Source: a virus
Taxonomy: Duplodnaviria; Heunggongvirae; Uroviricota; Caudoviricetes; Demerecviridae
Reading direction: 5' to 3' (one strand)
Length of the DNA: 64,000 bases
IMG/VR virus record: IMGVR_UViG_3300042566_001359
The translations under genes and the position numbers were made by a program. The first letter of the stretch is position 1. The number at the start of each line of letters is the position of its first letter. The notes under the pieces were generated by a model. The model ran no database searches. It worked only from the letters and a program-made list of their open reading frames with translations, and was not told where the DNA came from. Shown in pieces: positions 20,764 to 29,676 of the stretch.

Positions 20764-21336
20764 TTGCAGCTTTCTAAATATTTGTTACCACTTGTGCTCG
20801 CATTACAAGTTGGTTTAACTAATGCACAGCAGTTGGTAACACAACCAACTACTGAAACCAATAATCAACTAGTTACTAATAGTTTAGTAACTACTAAATC
20901 TGATGCTACCACAACAGTTAAGTCACCACCAGCGTCGGCAATATCACCTACAATAAATACCTCTAACACGGACTTGTGTACAGTGGGCGTTGCTGGTGCT
21001 GTACAAACTCAGATCCTGGGTATTAGTGCTGGCAGTACTGTTCGTGACATGAACTGTGAACGACTAAAGCTATCCAAAACACTATACGACATGGGTATGA
21101 AAGTAGCTGCTGTTAGCGCACTGTGTCAAGATCGACGTGTGTTTGATGCCATGATGCAAGCCGGCACACCTTGTCCATATGACGGAACAATCGGTGCCGA
21201 GGCTAAGGCGGCTTGGAAAGCCAATGAGTCGGAACAACCTGATCGTACCAAAAAATCCAAGGAACTAAGCAGTGAAACTAAAACACTTTTTGGCGGCGGT
21301 GCTATTCTTAGTTTGCTGCTCTTACTCTTACTCTGA
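20764..21336 (+). CDS. Secreted Thr/Ser-rich protein with C-terminal hydrophobic tail
   Basis: 190 aa; signal peptide MQLSKYLLPLVLALQVGLTNAQQ; ends ...GGGAILSLLLLLLL. Confidence 0.5.
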   Translation: MQLSKYLLPLVLALQVGLTNAQQLVTQPTTETNNQLVTNSLVTTKSDATTTVKSPPASAISPTINTSNTDLCTVGVAGAVQTQILGISAGSTVRDMNCERLKLSKTLYDMGMKVAAVSALCQDRRVFDAMMQAGTPCPYDGTIGAEAKAAWKANESEQPDRTKKSKELSSETKTLFGGGAILSLLLLLLL

Positions 21337-22123
21337 AGTAGTACGAGGCCAAACCCCAAATGCTGCAGCCAGTGGGCTGGCCTGGACCATGAACAACATA
21401 CTTCCAAAGTACACAGGCCTGTCCGTTAATGCAGTTAACTATCAGTATACTGCACAAAAACAAACCCAAGACAGTTTTGTGGTAGGTGTGCAAAACTTGT
21501 CTGCAACCGGCACTGGCTATGTTTTCAGAAGTCAAGATGATTGGACAGGCTTGCCAGGCAATACTATAACAAAAACTGTGCCGGTAGCTAACATACCTGG
21601 AAAACAGTGGGGTCCTGGTGAGATTGCCACCAGTGGAACAGGCAGGGTTGTTGACTACAGCGTATTCTACAGCTATACTTACGATACTTGCAGTGCTCAA
21701 GTTGTCACAGACCCAGCTTGTCCCAACTACAAGTCACCTAGCACATTTGGCTACAGTGAAGACGAGTTTGTTGTGCAAGGCTACCAAACCAAACAGTATG
21801 TACCAGATCCACAACAACAAGAAAACTCAGAAAAGTTTATGTTGGCCAATGCCAACACAGGCTTAACTGCAAAATCAACCAACACAGCTCGTAATGCGCT
21901 GTTAACAGCACAAGCTACAGGATTGGCTCAGTCCTTGTTAGCTTTAAATAACATACCAGGTATTAGGGCGTATAGCCAGCAAATACCTGGAGGCGTGTAC
22001 AAAGACGTACTCGAGTACGCAGATAAAAAGTTACCAGATAGCAGTAATAGTCGTAGACTTAACCTGAGCCAACAACGTCTGCACAATCAACTAGTTGATT
22101 TGCAGTATATGATTAAAAAGTAA
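21272..22123 (+). CDS. Secreted protein
   Basis: 283 aa; signal peptide MKLKHFLAAVLFLVCCSYSYSEV; 65-bp out-of-frame overlap with upstream gene. Confidence 0.5.
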   Translation: MKLKHFLAAVLFLVCCSYSYSEVVRGQTPNAAASGLAWTMNNILPKYTGLSVNAVNYQYTAQKQTQDSFVVGVQNLSATGTGYVFRSQDDWTGLPGNTITKTVPVANIPGKQWGPGEIATSGTGRVVDYSVFYSYTYDTCSAQVVTDPACPNYKSPSTFGYSEDEFVVQGYQTKQYVPDPQQQENSEKFMLANANTGLTAKSTNTARNALLTAQATGLAQSLLALNNIPGIRAYSQQIPGGVYKDVLEYADKKLPDSSNSRRLNLSQQRLHNQLVDLQYMIKK

Positions 22124-22132
22124 GGAATTAAC

Positions 22133-22633
22133 ATGATTAAAAAACTTATCCTGGCAGCTGCACTAACACTGGGTTTTACTGCTGGTGCAACTGAAGTACC
22201 TATTCGTGGAGTGGTTACCTCAAAATGTATTATTAACGTAGATACTCCAGGTATTTACGGTAACCCAACACCAGAAGTACTTAGTACATTTGCCGCTGAC
22301 GGCGGCCGACCTGCTGTTGTACGTTATGACGTAATTCAAGCAGGCTACTACAAAGCAGTTATTACTACACCAGATAACTTTACTACTTCTCCTACGTTAG
22401 CAGACTCAGTAACCTGGTCTAGCAATGTTGATGTAAGTAAAGTTACAAATGCTGCTATGTCTGCTTATACAACATCCAAACGTGTGTACAACGGTAACAT
22501 GACTGAGATTAACTTAACAGTACAAGGCACTGTTTGGTTTTCTGCTACTTCAAAAGCTGAATATGGTTTTGGCAAATCATTTCCAATGGGCGAATACAAA
22601 TCAGTTGTGTTAGCACAATGTATTGCACTATAA
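22133..22633 (+). CDS. Secreted beta-rich protein, fimbrial-subunit-like
   Basis: 166 aa; signal peptide; Cys near N-terminus and in C-terminal AQCIAL; size/composition reminiscent of pilus/SCPU-type subunits (weak). Confidence 0.5.
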   Translation: MIKKLILAAALTLGFTAGATEVPIRGVVTSKCIINVDTPGIYGNPTPEVLSTFAADGGRPAVVRYDVIQAGYYKAVITTPDNFTTSPTLADSVTWSSNVDVSKVTNAAMSAYTTSKRVYNGNMTEINLTVQGTVWFSATSKAEYGFGKSFPMGEYKSVVLAQCIAL

Positions 22634-22636
22634 CCT

Positions 22637-23020
22637 ATGCACAAACTAGTAAAGAGCCTAGTATTTAGCCTATGCTTGCTTGGTGTGCCTGTTATGGCAC
22701 ACCAATTTACACCTACCTACCCTAAGTTTGGTGTTTCTTTTGTAGACGGAGTACTTAGTACTCGAATGGAACTTTTTAACAAACGCCAAGACGTTGAGTA
22801 CTATGAACTAGATGTTTATGACGCAGATTGGAAACCATTGCCTTTTGCTACTGAAAACAAGTTGATAGGCATCCGGTATCTTGAAACAAAACCTGTGAAC
22901 GTGTACATTAAAGCCCAAGATTTATCTCGCATAGTCTATATCTGCACTGAGTCTAGAATGCGTAAACAAGACGCAAAGGACACAGTGATTTCATCAAAAA
23001 TATGTTCTAAGGTTAAATAA
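22637..23020 (+). CDS. Secreted small protein
   Basis: 127 aa, signal peptide MHKLVKSLVFSLCLLGVPVMAHQ. Confidence 0.5.
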   Translation: MHKLVKSLVFSLCLLGVPVMAHQFTPTYPKFGVSFVDGVLSTRMELFNKRQDVEYYELDVYDADWKPLPFATENKLIGIRYLETKPVNVYIKAQDLSRIVYICTESRMRKQDAKDTVISSKICSKVK

Positions 23021-23436
23021 TGCTTAGATTAGTATGTTGTGCACTACTCTTTGGTTTGTGGGTGCCTGCGTTTGCTCAAAACAACTCACTTAACCTAGCA
23101 CTACCAGGTGCAACAGGCAGCTATCAATCCGATAGTTTTCGTGCTGACGGCCTGGACTGTTCTATGGCAATAGGCAGTGCCACAAACTTGGAATTTGGTG
23201 TAATAGGTGTTATTAACCGAGCGCCTACAACAGTAACAACCGATTTAAATATGCAACAACGTGATGTTGGTGTATATGGTAGAATTACAATACCAATAGG
23301 TGCACCCAAAACTCGCCTAGACTGTAACGAACTATATCAGTTAGAGTTAAAAAAGAAGCGTATGGAAGTTCAAAAGTTAGAACGCGAGTTGCAAAACTTG
23401 CGAGCACTAAAGTTTGAGAACGTGGTTAACAAATAA
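23020..23436 (+). CDS. Secreted small protein with C-terminal coiled coil
   Basis: 138 aa, signal peptide ...VPAFAQNN. Confidence 0.5.
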   Translation: MLRLVCCALLFGLWVPAFAQNNSLNLALPGATGSYQSDSFRADGLDCSMAIGSATNLEFGVIGVINRAPTTVTTDLNMQQRDVGVYGRITIPIGAPKTRLDCNELYQLELKKKRMEVQKLERELQNLRALKFENVVNK

Positions 23437-23444
23437 AGGATATT

Positions 23445-24023
23445 ATGTCCACAGATATAAACAAAAAAGTAGATGAGCTAGAATCTGCTACCAAAAAATA
23501 CGCCAGCAAAGACACTGTTATTAGTATTGGTGGCTATGAGTTTACGCCAGCTAAACTAATGGTAGCCTTTACACTGGTAAGCTCGCTGCTGGGCGGTCTT
23601 TATGGAGCTTTTGAAGTCTACAAAGACTACCAAGGCATGAAAAAGAAAATAGCCGAATATGTTAGTCCTGACTTGTCACAGTTTGACAAGCGCCTGGCTG
23701 TTATTGAAGAAAACTCCTCAAAAACAACAGACTATACTCGTGATATAAAAACTGACCTAAAACAAGATATTCGCCGCAATGAGTCAGTAACTGAACAAGT
23801 TGAGCGCAGTGTAAAGCAAGCACAGCGTGAAACCGAGTCCGAAATGCGTCAAGCACGCAAAGATGTTCGCGAAGACTTGGACAAGGCAAAAAGTGAAGTT
23901 GATGCAATTCGTCGTGAAATGGCAACTGCTCGCCGTGAAATTTCACGTGAAGTTGAAACACTGAAAAAAGAAGTGGACAGCAAAATACAAAAAGCCATTG
24001 ATAACCCGCTAGCAGGAAAATAA
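23445..24023 (+). CDS. Membrane-anchored coiled-coil protein
   Basis: 192 aa; one TM segment then charged heptad repeats (REMATARREISREVETLKKE). Confidence 0.55.
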   Translation: MSTDINKKVDELESATKKYASKDTVISIGGYEFTPAKLMVAFTLVSSLLGGLYGAFEVYKDYQGMKKKIAEYVSPDLSQFDKRLAVIEENSSKTTDYTRDIKTDLKQDIRRNESVTEQVERSVKQAQRETESEMRQARKDVREDLDKAKSEVDAIRREMATARREISREVETLKKEVDSKIQKAIDNPLAGK

Positions 24024-24024
24024 A

Positions 24025-24294
24025 ATGAACACAGACCTTAAATTATTTAAGTGGCTGGGAATACTTGTACTACTACCAGTTACACTGGCATTTTTTGGTG
24101 GCGATCGTTTTCGTTATCCTTGCCAGAATCCTGCAAATTGGGAAACAGCTCAATGCAAGCGACCACTCTGTGATGTAACACGTACTTGTCCAGACCATGT
24201 ATTTAAAGGCCAGCGCGATCCGCGCATTGACCCACAAGCCACTGGTACGCCCGCAGCACCAACCCCAACCTCAGGAGCCACTTGTGCAAAGTAA
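24025..24294 (+). CDS. Small secreted Cys-containing protein
   Basis: 89 aa, signal-like N-terminus, four Cys. Confidence 0.4.
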   Translation: MNTDLKLFKWLGILVLLPVTLAFFGGDRFRYPCQNPANWETAQCKRPLCDVTRTCPDHVFKGQRDPRIDPQATGTPAAPTPTSGATCAK

Positions 24295-24322
24295 TCAATT
24301 TTTATACAGTGACGAGCAGCTA

Positions 24323-24736
24323 ATGGCTCGTTTAAAATTCTTTATTGGGGTATGTCTAGCACTTACCCTAACAGGAATTGTGTTTGTTGTGTTATACAGC
24401 TTAATCTTTGTAACACAGCCACTAAATGCTATCAGCCCAATTGATCAGAAGTTTTTTGAACTAATTGTGCCAATTGCTACGTTTTTAACTGGTACACTAA
24501 GTGGTATTATGCTAGCAGGTGGATCAAAAGAAGAAGTAGATGCCAGTTTAGCACTAATGAAGCAAGCGCAAGAAAACGCAGCTGCAGCAGCCAAAACCAG
24601 TTACGTACCAAAACAAGAACCAACATTTAGTCCAGGTTTAAGTACCACGCAAGGATTCAACGGCACAGCCACAGCCGAGATCAGATTTATAAACGGCAAG
24701 CCAGCTCCACAGCTTGCACCTCAACCGGAGATTTAA
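24323..24736 (+). CDS. Membrane protein (start placed at internal Met after upstream stop)
   Basis: TM segments FFIGVCLALTLTGIVFVVLYSLIFV and LIVPIATFLTGTLSGIMLAG. Confidence 0.45.
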   Translation: MARLKFFIGVCLALTLTGIVFVVLYSLIFVTQPLNAISPIDQKFFELIVPIATFLTGTLSGIMLAGGSKEEVDASLALMKQAQENAAAAAKTSYVPKQEPTFSPGLSTTQGFNGTATAEIRFINGKPAPQLAPQPEI

Positions 24737-24934
24737 ATGAAACAACCACTGATTACACTTGCATTAGTTTTAAGCTTATTGGCGCCAGCAGCAGTTTTTG
24801 CCACCGCTGAAACCAAGCGGGTATGTGTTGAGCAGGTCGATGCCAAAACCAAAAAGCCCAAAGAAGTGTGCAAAGAAGTAAAAGTTCATAAAAAGCTAGA
24901 AGGTACAAAAGTGCCAGAAAAGCAGGGTAAATAA
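24737..24934 (+). CDS. Small secreted Lys-rich protein
   Basis: 65 aa, signal peptide LLAPAAVFATAE. Confidence 0.4.
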   Translation: MKQPLITLALVLSLLAPAAVFATAETKRVCVEQVDAKTKKPKEVCKEVKVHKKLEGTKVPEKQGK

Positions 24935-24942
24935 TTTTTTAA

Positions 24943-24971
24943 TTGACACAGTACAAATCCTGTGGTAAAAT
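24943..24971 (+). promoter_or_regulatory. Sigma70-type promoter (TTGACA-N17-TAAAAT) upstream of phoH
   Basis: -35 TTGACA 24943-24948, 17-nt spacer, -10 TAAAAT 24966-24971; RBS AAGGAAG before ATG at 25013. Confidence 0.6.
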
Positions 24972-25012
24972 AATGCGTTACCCAGGATTTTTATCAACCA
25001 ACAAGGAAGTAC

Positions 25013-25771
25013 ATGGCAAGAAATAGTGGTAAATCCCATCGCACCTTTCCAGCAAAAAAGTCTAGTGAGCGCCCCACACAGGCAGAAAAGTCTAGACTGC
25101 GTCAAAGTAAGCACGAAGGCTTTGAAGAGCCTCAGCCTCAACGCAACTACACCTTTAAAGAAGTTCAACCACTAAACTTTGTACAAGGTGAATACTTAGA
25201 TGCAATTGAGAACAATGACGTTATATTTGGAATAGGTAGTGCAGGCACTGGTAAAACTTTTATTGCAGCCAACTATGCTGCTAGAGAGTTGTACTATAAA
25301 CGCGTAGACAAGGTTATCTTAACCCGTCCAAATATTGAAACCGGCAGGGGCCTAGGCTTCCTACCCGGTACACTAGAAGAAAAATACGCACCATACTTGC
25401 TGCCTTTTGACGCAATCTTTACTCGTGCCCTAGGCAAAGGCTTTTATGAGTATTGTTTAAAGGCCAAAAACATTGACCCTACTCCACTAGGATTCTTACG
25501 CGGCACTACATTTGACAACTGCATTGTGCTTGTAGATGAGGCACAAAATTGCACTCGTGAAGAAATGAAAATGTTGCTTTCACGCATTGGCAAGAACTGC
25601 AAAATGATCTTTTCAGGCGACGAATGTCAAAGCGACATAGGCGACGCTTCTGGTTTAATTGATGCCGTAGAGCGCCTAGATGGTATTGAAGGTATCGAAG
25701 TGGTAGAATTTCTTGACGAAGACATTGTTCGTTCAAAGATGTGTAAACAAATTATTATGGCTTATAGATAA
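25013..25771 (+). CDS. phoH: PhoH-like ATPase
   Basis: Walker A GSAGTGKTF, LTRPNIETGRGLGFLPGTLEEKYAPY and VLVDEAQN motifs typical of PhoH family. Confidence 0.9.
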   Translation: MARNSGKSHRTFPAKKSSERPTQAEKSRLRQSKHEGFEEPQPQRNYTFKEVQPLNFVQGEYLDAIENNDVIFGIGSAGTGKTFIAANYAARELYYKRVDKVILTRPNIETGRGLGFLPGTLEEKYAPYLLPFDAIFTRALGKGFYEYCLKAKNIDPTPLGFLRGTTFDNCIVLVDEAQNCTREEMKMLLSRIGKNCKMIFSGDECQSDIGDASGLIDAVERLDGIEGIEVVEFLDEDIVRSKMCKQIIMAYR

Positions 25772-25773
25772 AT

Positions 25774-26409
25774 ATGGCAAAAACATACAAACCAACAACC
25801 GGCATGGCAACTGCCGCTAAACGTGCCTTAAAGTGGAAAGCAGACGGCGAGCCTGGCGGTACGCTAGTTGGTTTGGCCAGAGCTAATCAACTCAAAGATC
25901 GTGAACCACTTTCGGAAAGTGTTGTCTTACGCATGTACAGCTTTTTTAGCCGTCATGAACCTGATAAAAAAGCAACAGGATTTCGCAGTGGTGAAGAAGG
26001 TTTTCCAAGCAAAGGTCGAGTAGCCTGGGACTTGTGGGGTGGTGATGGTGGATACTCGTGGAGTACTAGCAAGCGTAATCAAATTATGCGTGCACGTGAA
26101 GCCAAAGCATTGCGCTTGGTAACAGTTACAAAATCGCAGATTCCACACATGATGCTAATGGCAGCAGCACAAACCATAGAAAACTACGCTAACGAAAATA
26201 TTTCCGAAAGCTTAGATGCTTTCGGTCAGTTTATGTATCATGCACAACTGCTACGCAACAATCACTTAGACACTTACTTGTTAGACTTACATTTGGTCGA
26301 ACAACCTTATCGTGATATATTAGTACTGGTATTTAGTGAGCTAGCACCTGAAGGTATAATTGACTATGATGACGTTGACGACGAAGATAGTCTAGAGGAC
26401 ACACAATAA
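25774..26409 (+). CDS. Hypothetical protein
   Basis: 211-aa ORF, acidic C-terminus; followed by bidirectional terminator. Confidence 0.5.
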   Translation: MAKTYKPTTGMATAAKRALKWKADGEPGGTLVGLARANQLKDREPLSESVVLRMYSFFSRHEPDKKATGFRSGEEGFPSKGRVAWDLWGGDGGYSWSTSKRNQIMRAREAKALRLVTVTKSQIPHMMLMAAAQTIENYANENISESLDAFGQFMYHAQLLRNNHLDTYLLDLHLVEQPYRDILVLVFSELAPEGIIDYDDVDDEDSLEDTQ

Positions 26410-26446
26410 AAAAGCCCGCAACTAGCAATAGTTGCGGGCTTTTGTT
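26408..26446. terminator. Bidirectional rho-independent terminator between convergent genes
   Basis: AAAAAGCCCGCAACTAGCAATAGTTGCGGGCTTTTG hairpin with flanking A/T runs. Confidence 0.75.
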
Positions 26447-26904
26447 TAAACAGCCATGCTTGAGTAAAGCATCCAGCCATGTTTGCGATGTGCATCAATA
26501 CGCTCACTTAAAAAAGCACTTAATCCATGCTCACCATACTGCTCAGCTAGCGCATAAGCCTTTATGAGTTCTTCGTGTACTTTTCCGTTGTCAACGTATA
26601 GCGTGCGCAACATTTCATTTTTTGGTAGCACTTCCAAAGTGTCAGCAATCGTTGAGTGTTCTGCAAGTTGTGAAAAGCTAGCAGGCACCCAGCAGCGCAA
26701 AGCGCGAACACGCTCAGCAAAATCGTCAAGCTCATCATCTACCTCATCATAAATTTTTCCAAACAGTTCATGATACTGCAAAAAGTCGGGGCCTGTTACG
26801 TTCCAGTGAAAGTTTTCAGCTTTGACTAAGAACGCATAAGTTGTTGCAAAAGCACTTTTAAGTGCCAGTTTTAGGTCTTCCATATTATTCCTTATATTGT
26901 CCAC
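26446..26904 (-). CDS. dps: Dps-like ferritin-superfamily protein
   Basis: [34 protein letters not shown] matches Dps ferroxidase-centre signature (H-W-x-V-x-G...H...E...D...AER). Confidence 0.8.
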   Translation of the reverse strand: MDNIRNNMEDLKLALKSAFATTYAFLVKAENFHWNVTGPDFLQYHELFGKIYDEVDDELDDFAERVRALRCWVPASFSQLAEHSTIADTLEVLPKNEMLRTLYVDNGKVHEELIKAYALAEQYGEHGLSAFLSERIDAHRKHGWMLYSSMAV

Positions 26905-27491
26905 CAGTTGTTGTTGTTGTAAATTACATTAAGTGACTCATAAGGAGTCGTCATTGTAATTGCGGTAACACCATTTATTAGTGCTGGTGCTTCTGGCTGT
27001 ACCGTTAATTTTCGATTACCAACAGGTGCTCCAAATTCTAATTTGATTGTGTGTTTGGTACCTGGAGGTACTGAGTTGAGCAGTGTAACCGTTGCTTTAT
27101 CTTTTAGCTGTGCACCAATATAGCAATCGGTTTCACTAGCACAATAGTCTTCGGTAATAGTCACAGTATTGCACACACAGCCTTTGCCAGGTCCAGGTGG
27201 TCCAGGTGGTCCAGGTGGTCCAGGTGGTCCAGGTGGCCCTATTACAGGGCCTGCATTCACTATTGTACCATCAGTTAGCAGTAATAGTAAGTCCCCTGGA
27301 TTATCAGTTACTTCTGCTCCGGCAACTCCTACACCTGCCGGCCCTGGCGGACCTGCGGGCCCTTCTGGTCCAGGCGTACCTGGGCCGCCGTTTACCACAC
27401 TGTTTATAAACAAGTCACGGTCATCAATTGTTGGAGGAAGCGGCAAGTACGGTGGCATACTCCAGCCAAATGGCATTGTTTGATATTGCAT
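26892..27491 (-). CDS. Collagen-like (Gly-Pro-Pro repeat) protein with C-terminal Cys-containing globular domain
   Basis: [18 protein letters not shown] and [18 protein letters not shown] triplet repeats; 9-bp CCAGGTGGT x5 at nucleotide level. Confidence 0.7.
   Translation of the reverse strand: MQYQTMPFGWSMPPYLPLPPTIDDRDLFINSVVNGGPGTPGPEGPAGPPGPAGVGVAGAEVTDNPGDLLLLLTDGTIVNAGPVIGPPGPPGPPGPPGPPGPGKGCVCNTVTITEDYCASETDCYIGAQLKDKATVTLLNSVPPGTKHTIKLEFGAPVGNRKLTVQPEAPALINGVTAITMTTPYESLNVIYNNNNWWTI
27190..27240. repeat. Tandem 9-bp repeat (GGTCCAGGT x5) encoding GPP collagen triplets
   Basis: direct reading of sequence. Confidence 0.9.
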
Positions 27492-27496
27492 GTTAG

Positions 27497-27541
27497 TTCC
27501 TTAACAAAAAAGCCCCCACGGCTTGTGGCTGCGGGGGCTAG
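27497..27541 (-). terminator. Rho-independent terminator
   Basis: AGCCCCCACGGCTTGTGGCTGCGGGGGCT hairpin preceded by A-run (U-run on minus strand). Confidence 0.7.
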
Positions 27542-27546
27542 CAATA

Positions 27547-28461
27547 TTAACGAATGTTAGTATTTGTGTTGCTTGGGTTAGCAGTTTGTGTTCCGCTTCC
27601 AACGTTGATTGCAGCATTTTCGCTGCGAATGCTCTGACCTAAGCTCCAGATCAAGTTGGCCAATTGGCCATACTGAGCTTGAGTTTGTTGCTGTTGTTGC
27701 ATCTGGTTGATGTTGTTGGTTGTTGTAACCTCAACACCACGTGCAGCAGCGCCACTAAACTCACGGCTACGTAGCTCAATAATAGCTGCATTAGCATCAG
27801 CTAGTTGACGCTGTAGGTTTAATTCGTATTGCTGAGTAATCAGTGCACGAGTCTTTTCACCATCAGCACTAATATCCTTGCTTAGTTCATAACGGTTTTC
27901 CATTACGTTCTGGTTAATAGCTGCCTGACCTTGCATTAGTGCAACTGCGTTTGTGTTAACTACGTCTTTTACGTTGTCAATACGTAGAGACAATCCTTGA
28001 GTAACTGCATTTAGTGCTGCATTAATACCAATAGTTTGGTTAGCTTGTGAGGCTTCCATTGCTGCTGTTGATACAGCTACTGCTTTGTCAACAGCGCCAA
28101 TGCTTTGCATTAGGCTCATGTTAGCCATGTCTTGTTCTGGTGGATTACGTAGTGTAGCGCCTAGGGCTGCACCACTACCGTCTCCACCTAGTAAGTTACC
28201 GTTGTTGCGTAGTAGGCTTCCTAGGATAAGACCGCCGATTAAACCGCCTCCGCCGAAACCACCATCATTGCTACCGCCCATACCCATAATCATACCGGGT
28301 GTCATTACTTCTGCCATTTTAGGCTCCTTTAAAGTTTCTTTTGCTTGAGATACTAGTTGCTTGTAATATTGGTCAGCAAAACTAGCCTGTTTTTTAAGCG
28401 CTTCCATAGCTTCCTCGGTTGCAGCCGGGGAAACAGGTACGCCAGTTGTGTTATCATCCAT
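27547..28461 (-). CDS. Hypothetical Gly/Gln/Asn-rich protein
   Basis: 304 aa; N-terminal Gly-rich low-complexity stretch, Q-run near C-terminus. Confidence 0.55.
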   Translation of the reverse strand: MDDNTTGVPVSPAATEEAMEALKKQASFADQYYKQLVSQAKETLKEPKMAEVMTPGMIMGMGGSNDGGFGGGGLIGGLILGSLLRNNGNLLGGDGSGAALGATLRNPPEQDMANMSLMQSIGAVDKAVAVSTAAMEASQANQTIGINAALNAVTQGLSLRIDNVKDVVNTNAVALMQGQAAINQNVMENRYELSKDISADGEKTRALITQQYELNLQRQLADANAAIIELRSREFSGAAARGVEVTTTNNINQMQQQQQTQAQYGQLANLIWSLGQSIRSENAAINVGSGTQTANPSNTNTNIR

Positions 28462-28671
28462 ATAAATAAATTTCTGTGTTGTGGATAGATATGATACTGC
28501 GTATCACTGCGCAGTTCCTAAAATTTAAGAACTGATATAATTATACAACAAAATGGTATGTAGTGCAACACAACTTTTAGGGTTCCAGGAGCAAAAATGC
28601 ACGGTAATAAGAAATTATGCAGGATATTTTTGGGCAAGTGCACTGGCGCACCCTACAAAAATTTGACGACA

Positions 28672-28708
28672 AAAAAGCCCCCGAATCTTCTGATGCGGGG
28701 GCTTTTTC
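28672..28708. terminator. Bidirectional rho-independent terminator
   Basis: AAAAAAGCCCCCGAATCTTCTGATGCGGGGGCTTTTT. Confidence 0.75.
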
Positions 28709-28717
28709 TTTGCCTAT

Positions 28718-28888
28718 TTATTCGGCTGCTGGCTGTGGTGCTGGTTGTGGCAACTGGGCTTCTGCTTGTGCGCGAACTTTTTGAGATAGCGGATTGCAGA
28801 TTTTAGCAGGCAGTTCTTGCAGTCCGGCTAGGATAGCATTAACTTCGTCAACAGACAGGTCAGAAAGGTTGATTTTAATATCGTTCAT
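28718..28888 (-). CDS. Small hypothetical protein (56 aa, below ORF-track threshold)
   Basis: my own minus-strand translation MNDIKINLSDLSVDEVNAILAGLQELPAKICNPLSQKVRAQAEAQLPQPAPQPAAE, ending just before the terminator. Confidence 0.3.
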   Translation of the reverse strand: MNDIKINLSDLSVDEVNAILAGLQELPAKICNPLSQKVRAQAEAQLPQPAPQPAAE

Positions 28889-28909
28889 GTTTATGGTTGG
28901 TTAGTTGGT

Positions 28910-29602
28910 TTAGGCTAGTTTCCAGCCTTTATGGGTTTTTCTTACCTTATTTAAGACTCCACATAAGTGGCTCTTATTAAGATCATGCTGTCTAGCAAAT
29001 TCGCTAAGATTACTTATAGTGTATGCAGTGTTATTTGGTGATAGTATAATAGGGTACTTTATATTTTTATGTTTAGCGGTATTAATTGACCTATTATGTT
29101 TCAGACTAAGTAAACATTCATAGTCTTCTGAGTATAGTGAAGCTAACCATTTATGTGATTTACCTTTTGATATATCGCGAATAGTAGAAATTTCTACTCC
29201 AGTAGTTTTTGCAATATCCTTAAACGGAATGTCCAGTAAAAGATTTTTAAAAACTGTAAGTATTGTTTCTTTTGAGTACTTGGAATTAGGGTGTGCGTCT
29301 CCCTGTAGTCCAGTACCTCCGCCGCCCGCCTTTGAGTTAATATTAAATCCATTATTAACAGAATTAAAAATCTCAATAGCCTCATTTTCAAGCATATCTA
29401 AATTATCTTCTAAAGTACACTCTAGTAATACTTCTAAGTAAGGTACACCATATAATAAATAAGCTTGCTGCAATTTAATTGAGGCAATATTATTTGCTAG
29501 GTTGTATTTATGTTTAGTCAATCTTTCTTCTATTCTCAGAGATTGACCCACATAAACTTTATTAGTTCCATTAAATTTTAGTAAATAAATGCCTATAGTC
29601 AT
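28910..29602 (-). CDS. GIY-YIG homing endonuclease (start placed at MTIGIYLLKF; ORF track gives a TTG-extended start at 29620)
   Basis: GIYLLKF...NKVYVGQS...RL motif; C-terminal HKGWKLA DNA-binding tail paralogous to ORF 46825..47505. Confidence 0.8.
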   Translation of the reverse strand: MTIGIYLLKFNGTNKVYVGQSLRIEERLTKHKYNLANNIASIKLQQAYLLYGVPYLEVLLECTLEDNLDMLENEAIEIFNSVNNGFNINSKAGGGGTGLQGDAHPNSKYSKETILTVFKNLLLDIPFKDIAKTTGVEISTIRDISKGKSHKWLASLYSEDYECLLSLKHNRSINTAKHKNIKYPIILSPNNTAYTISNLSEFARQHDLNKSHLCGVLNKVRKTHKGWKLA

Positions 29603-29628
29603 AATATTGTGTCCTAACAAATATTTTA

Positions 29629-29658
29629 TATTATACTATTTTGGACACAATATTTCAA
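29629..29658 (-). promoter_or_regulatory. Sigma70-type promoter (TTGAAA-N18-TATAATATA) for homing endonuclease gene
   Basis: minus-strand reading TTGAAATATTGTGTCCAAAATAGTATAATATAAAAT followed by AGGA RBS and ATG. Confidence 0.55.
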
Positions 29659-29676
29659 GTACAAATTTTTACTACG

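Noticed and set aside
26564-27483. Plus-strand ORFs antisense to the Dps-like and collagen-like genes
   Set aside because: Their codon periodicity derives from the GPP repeat on the opposite strand, and they have no promoter/RBS context.
28597-28806. Plus-strand ORF 28597..28806 (69 aa)
   Set aside because: It spans a bidirectional terminator hairpin and lies antisense to a better minus-strand small ORF with RBS and terminator.
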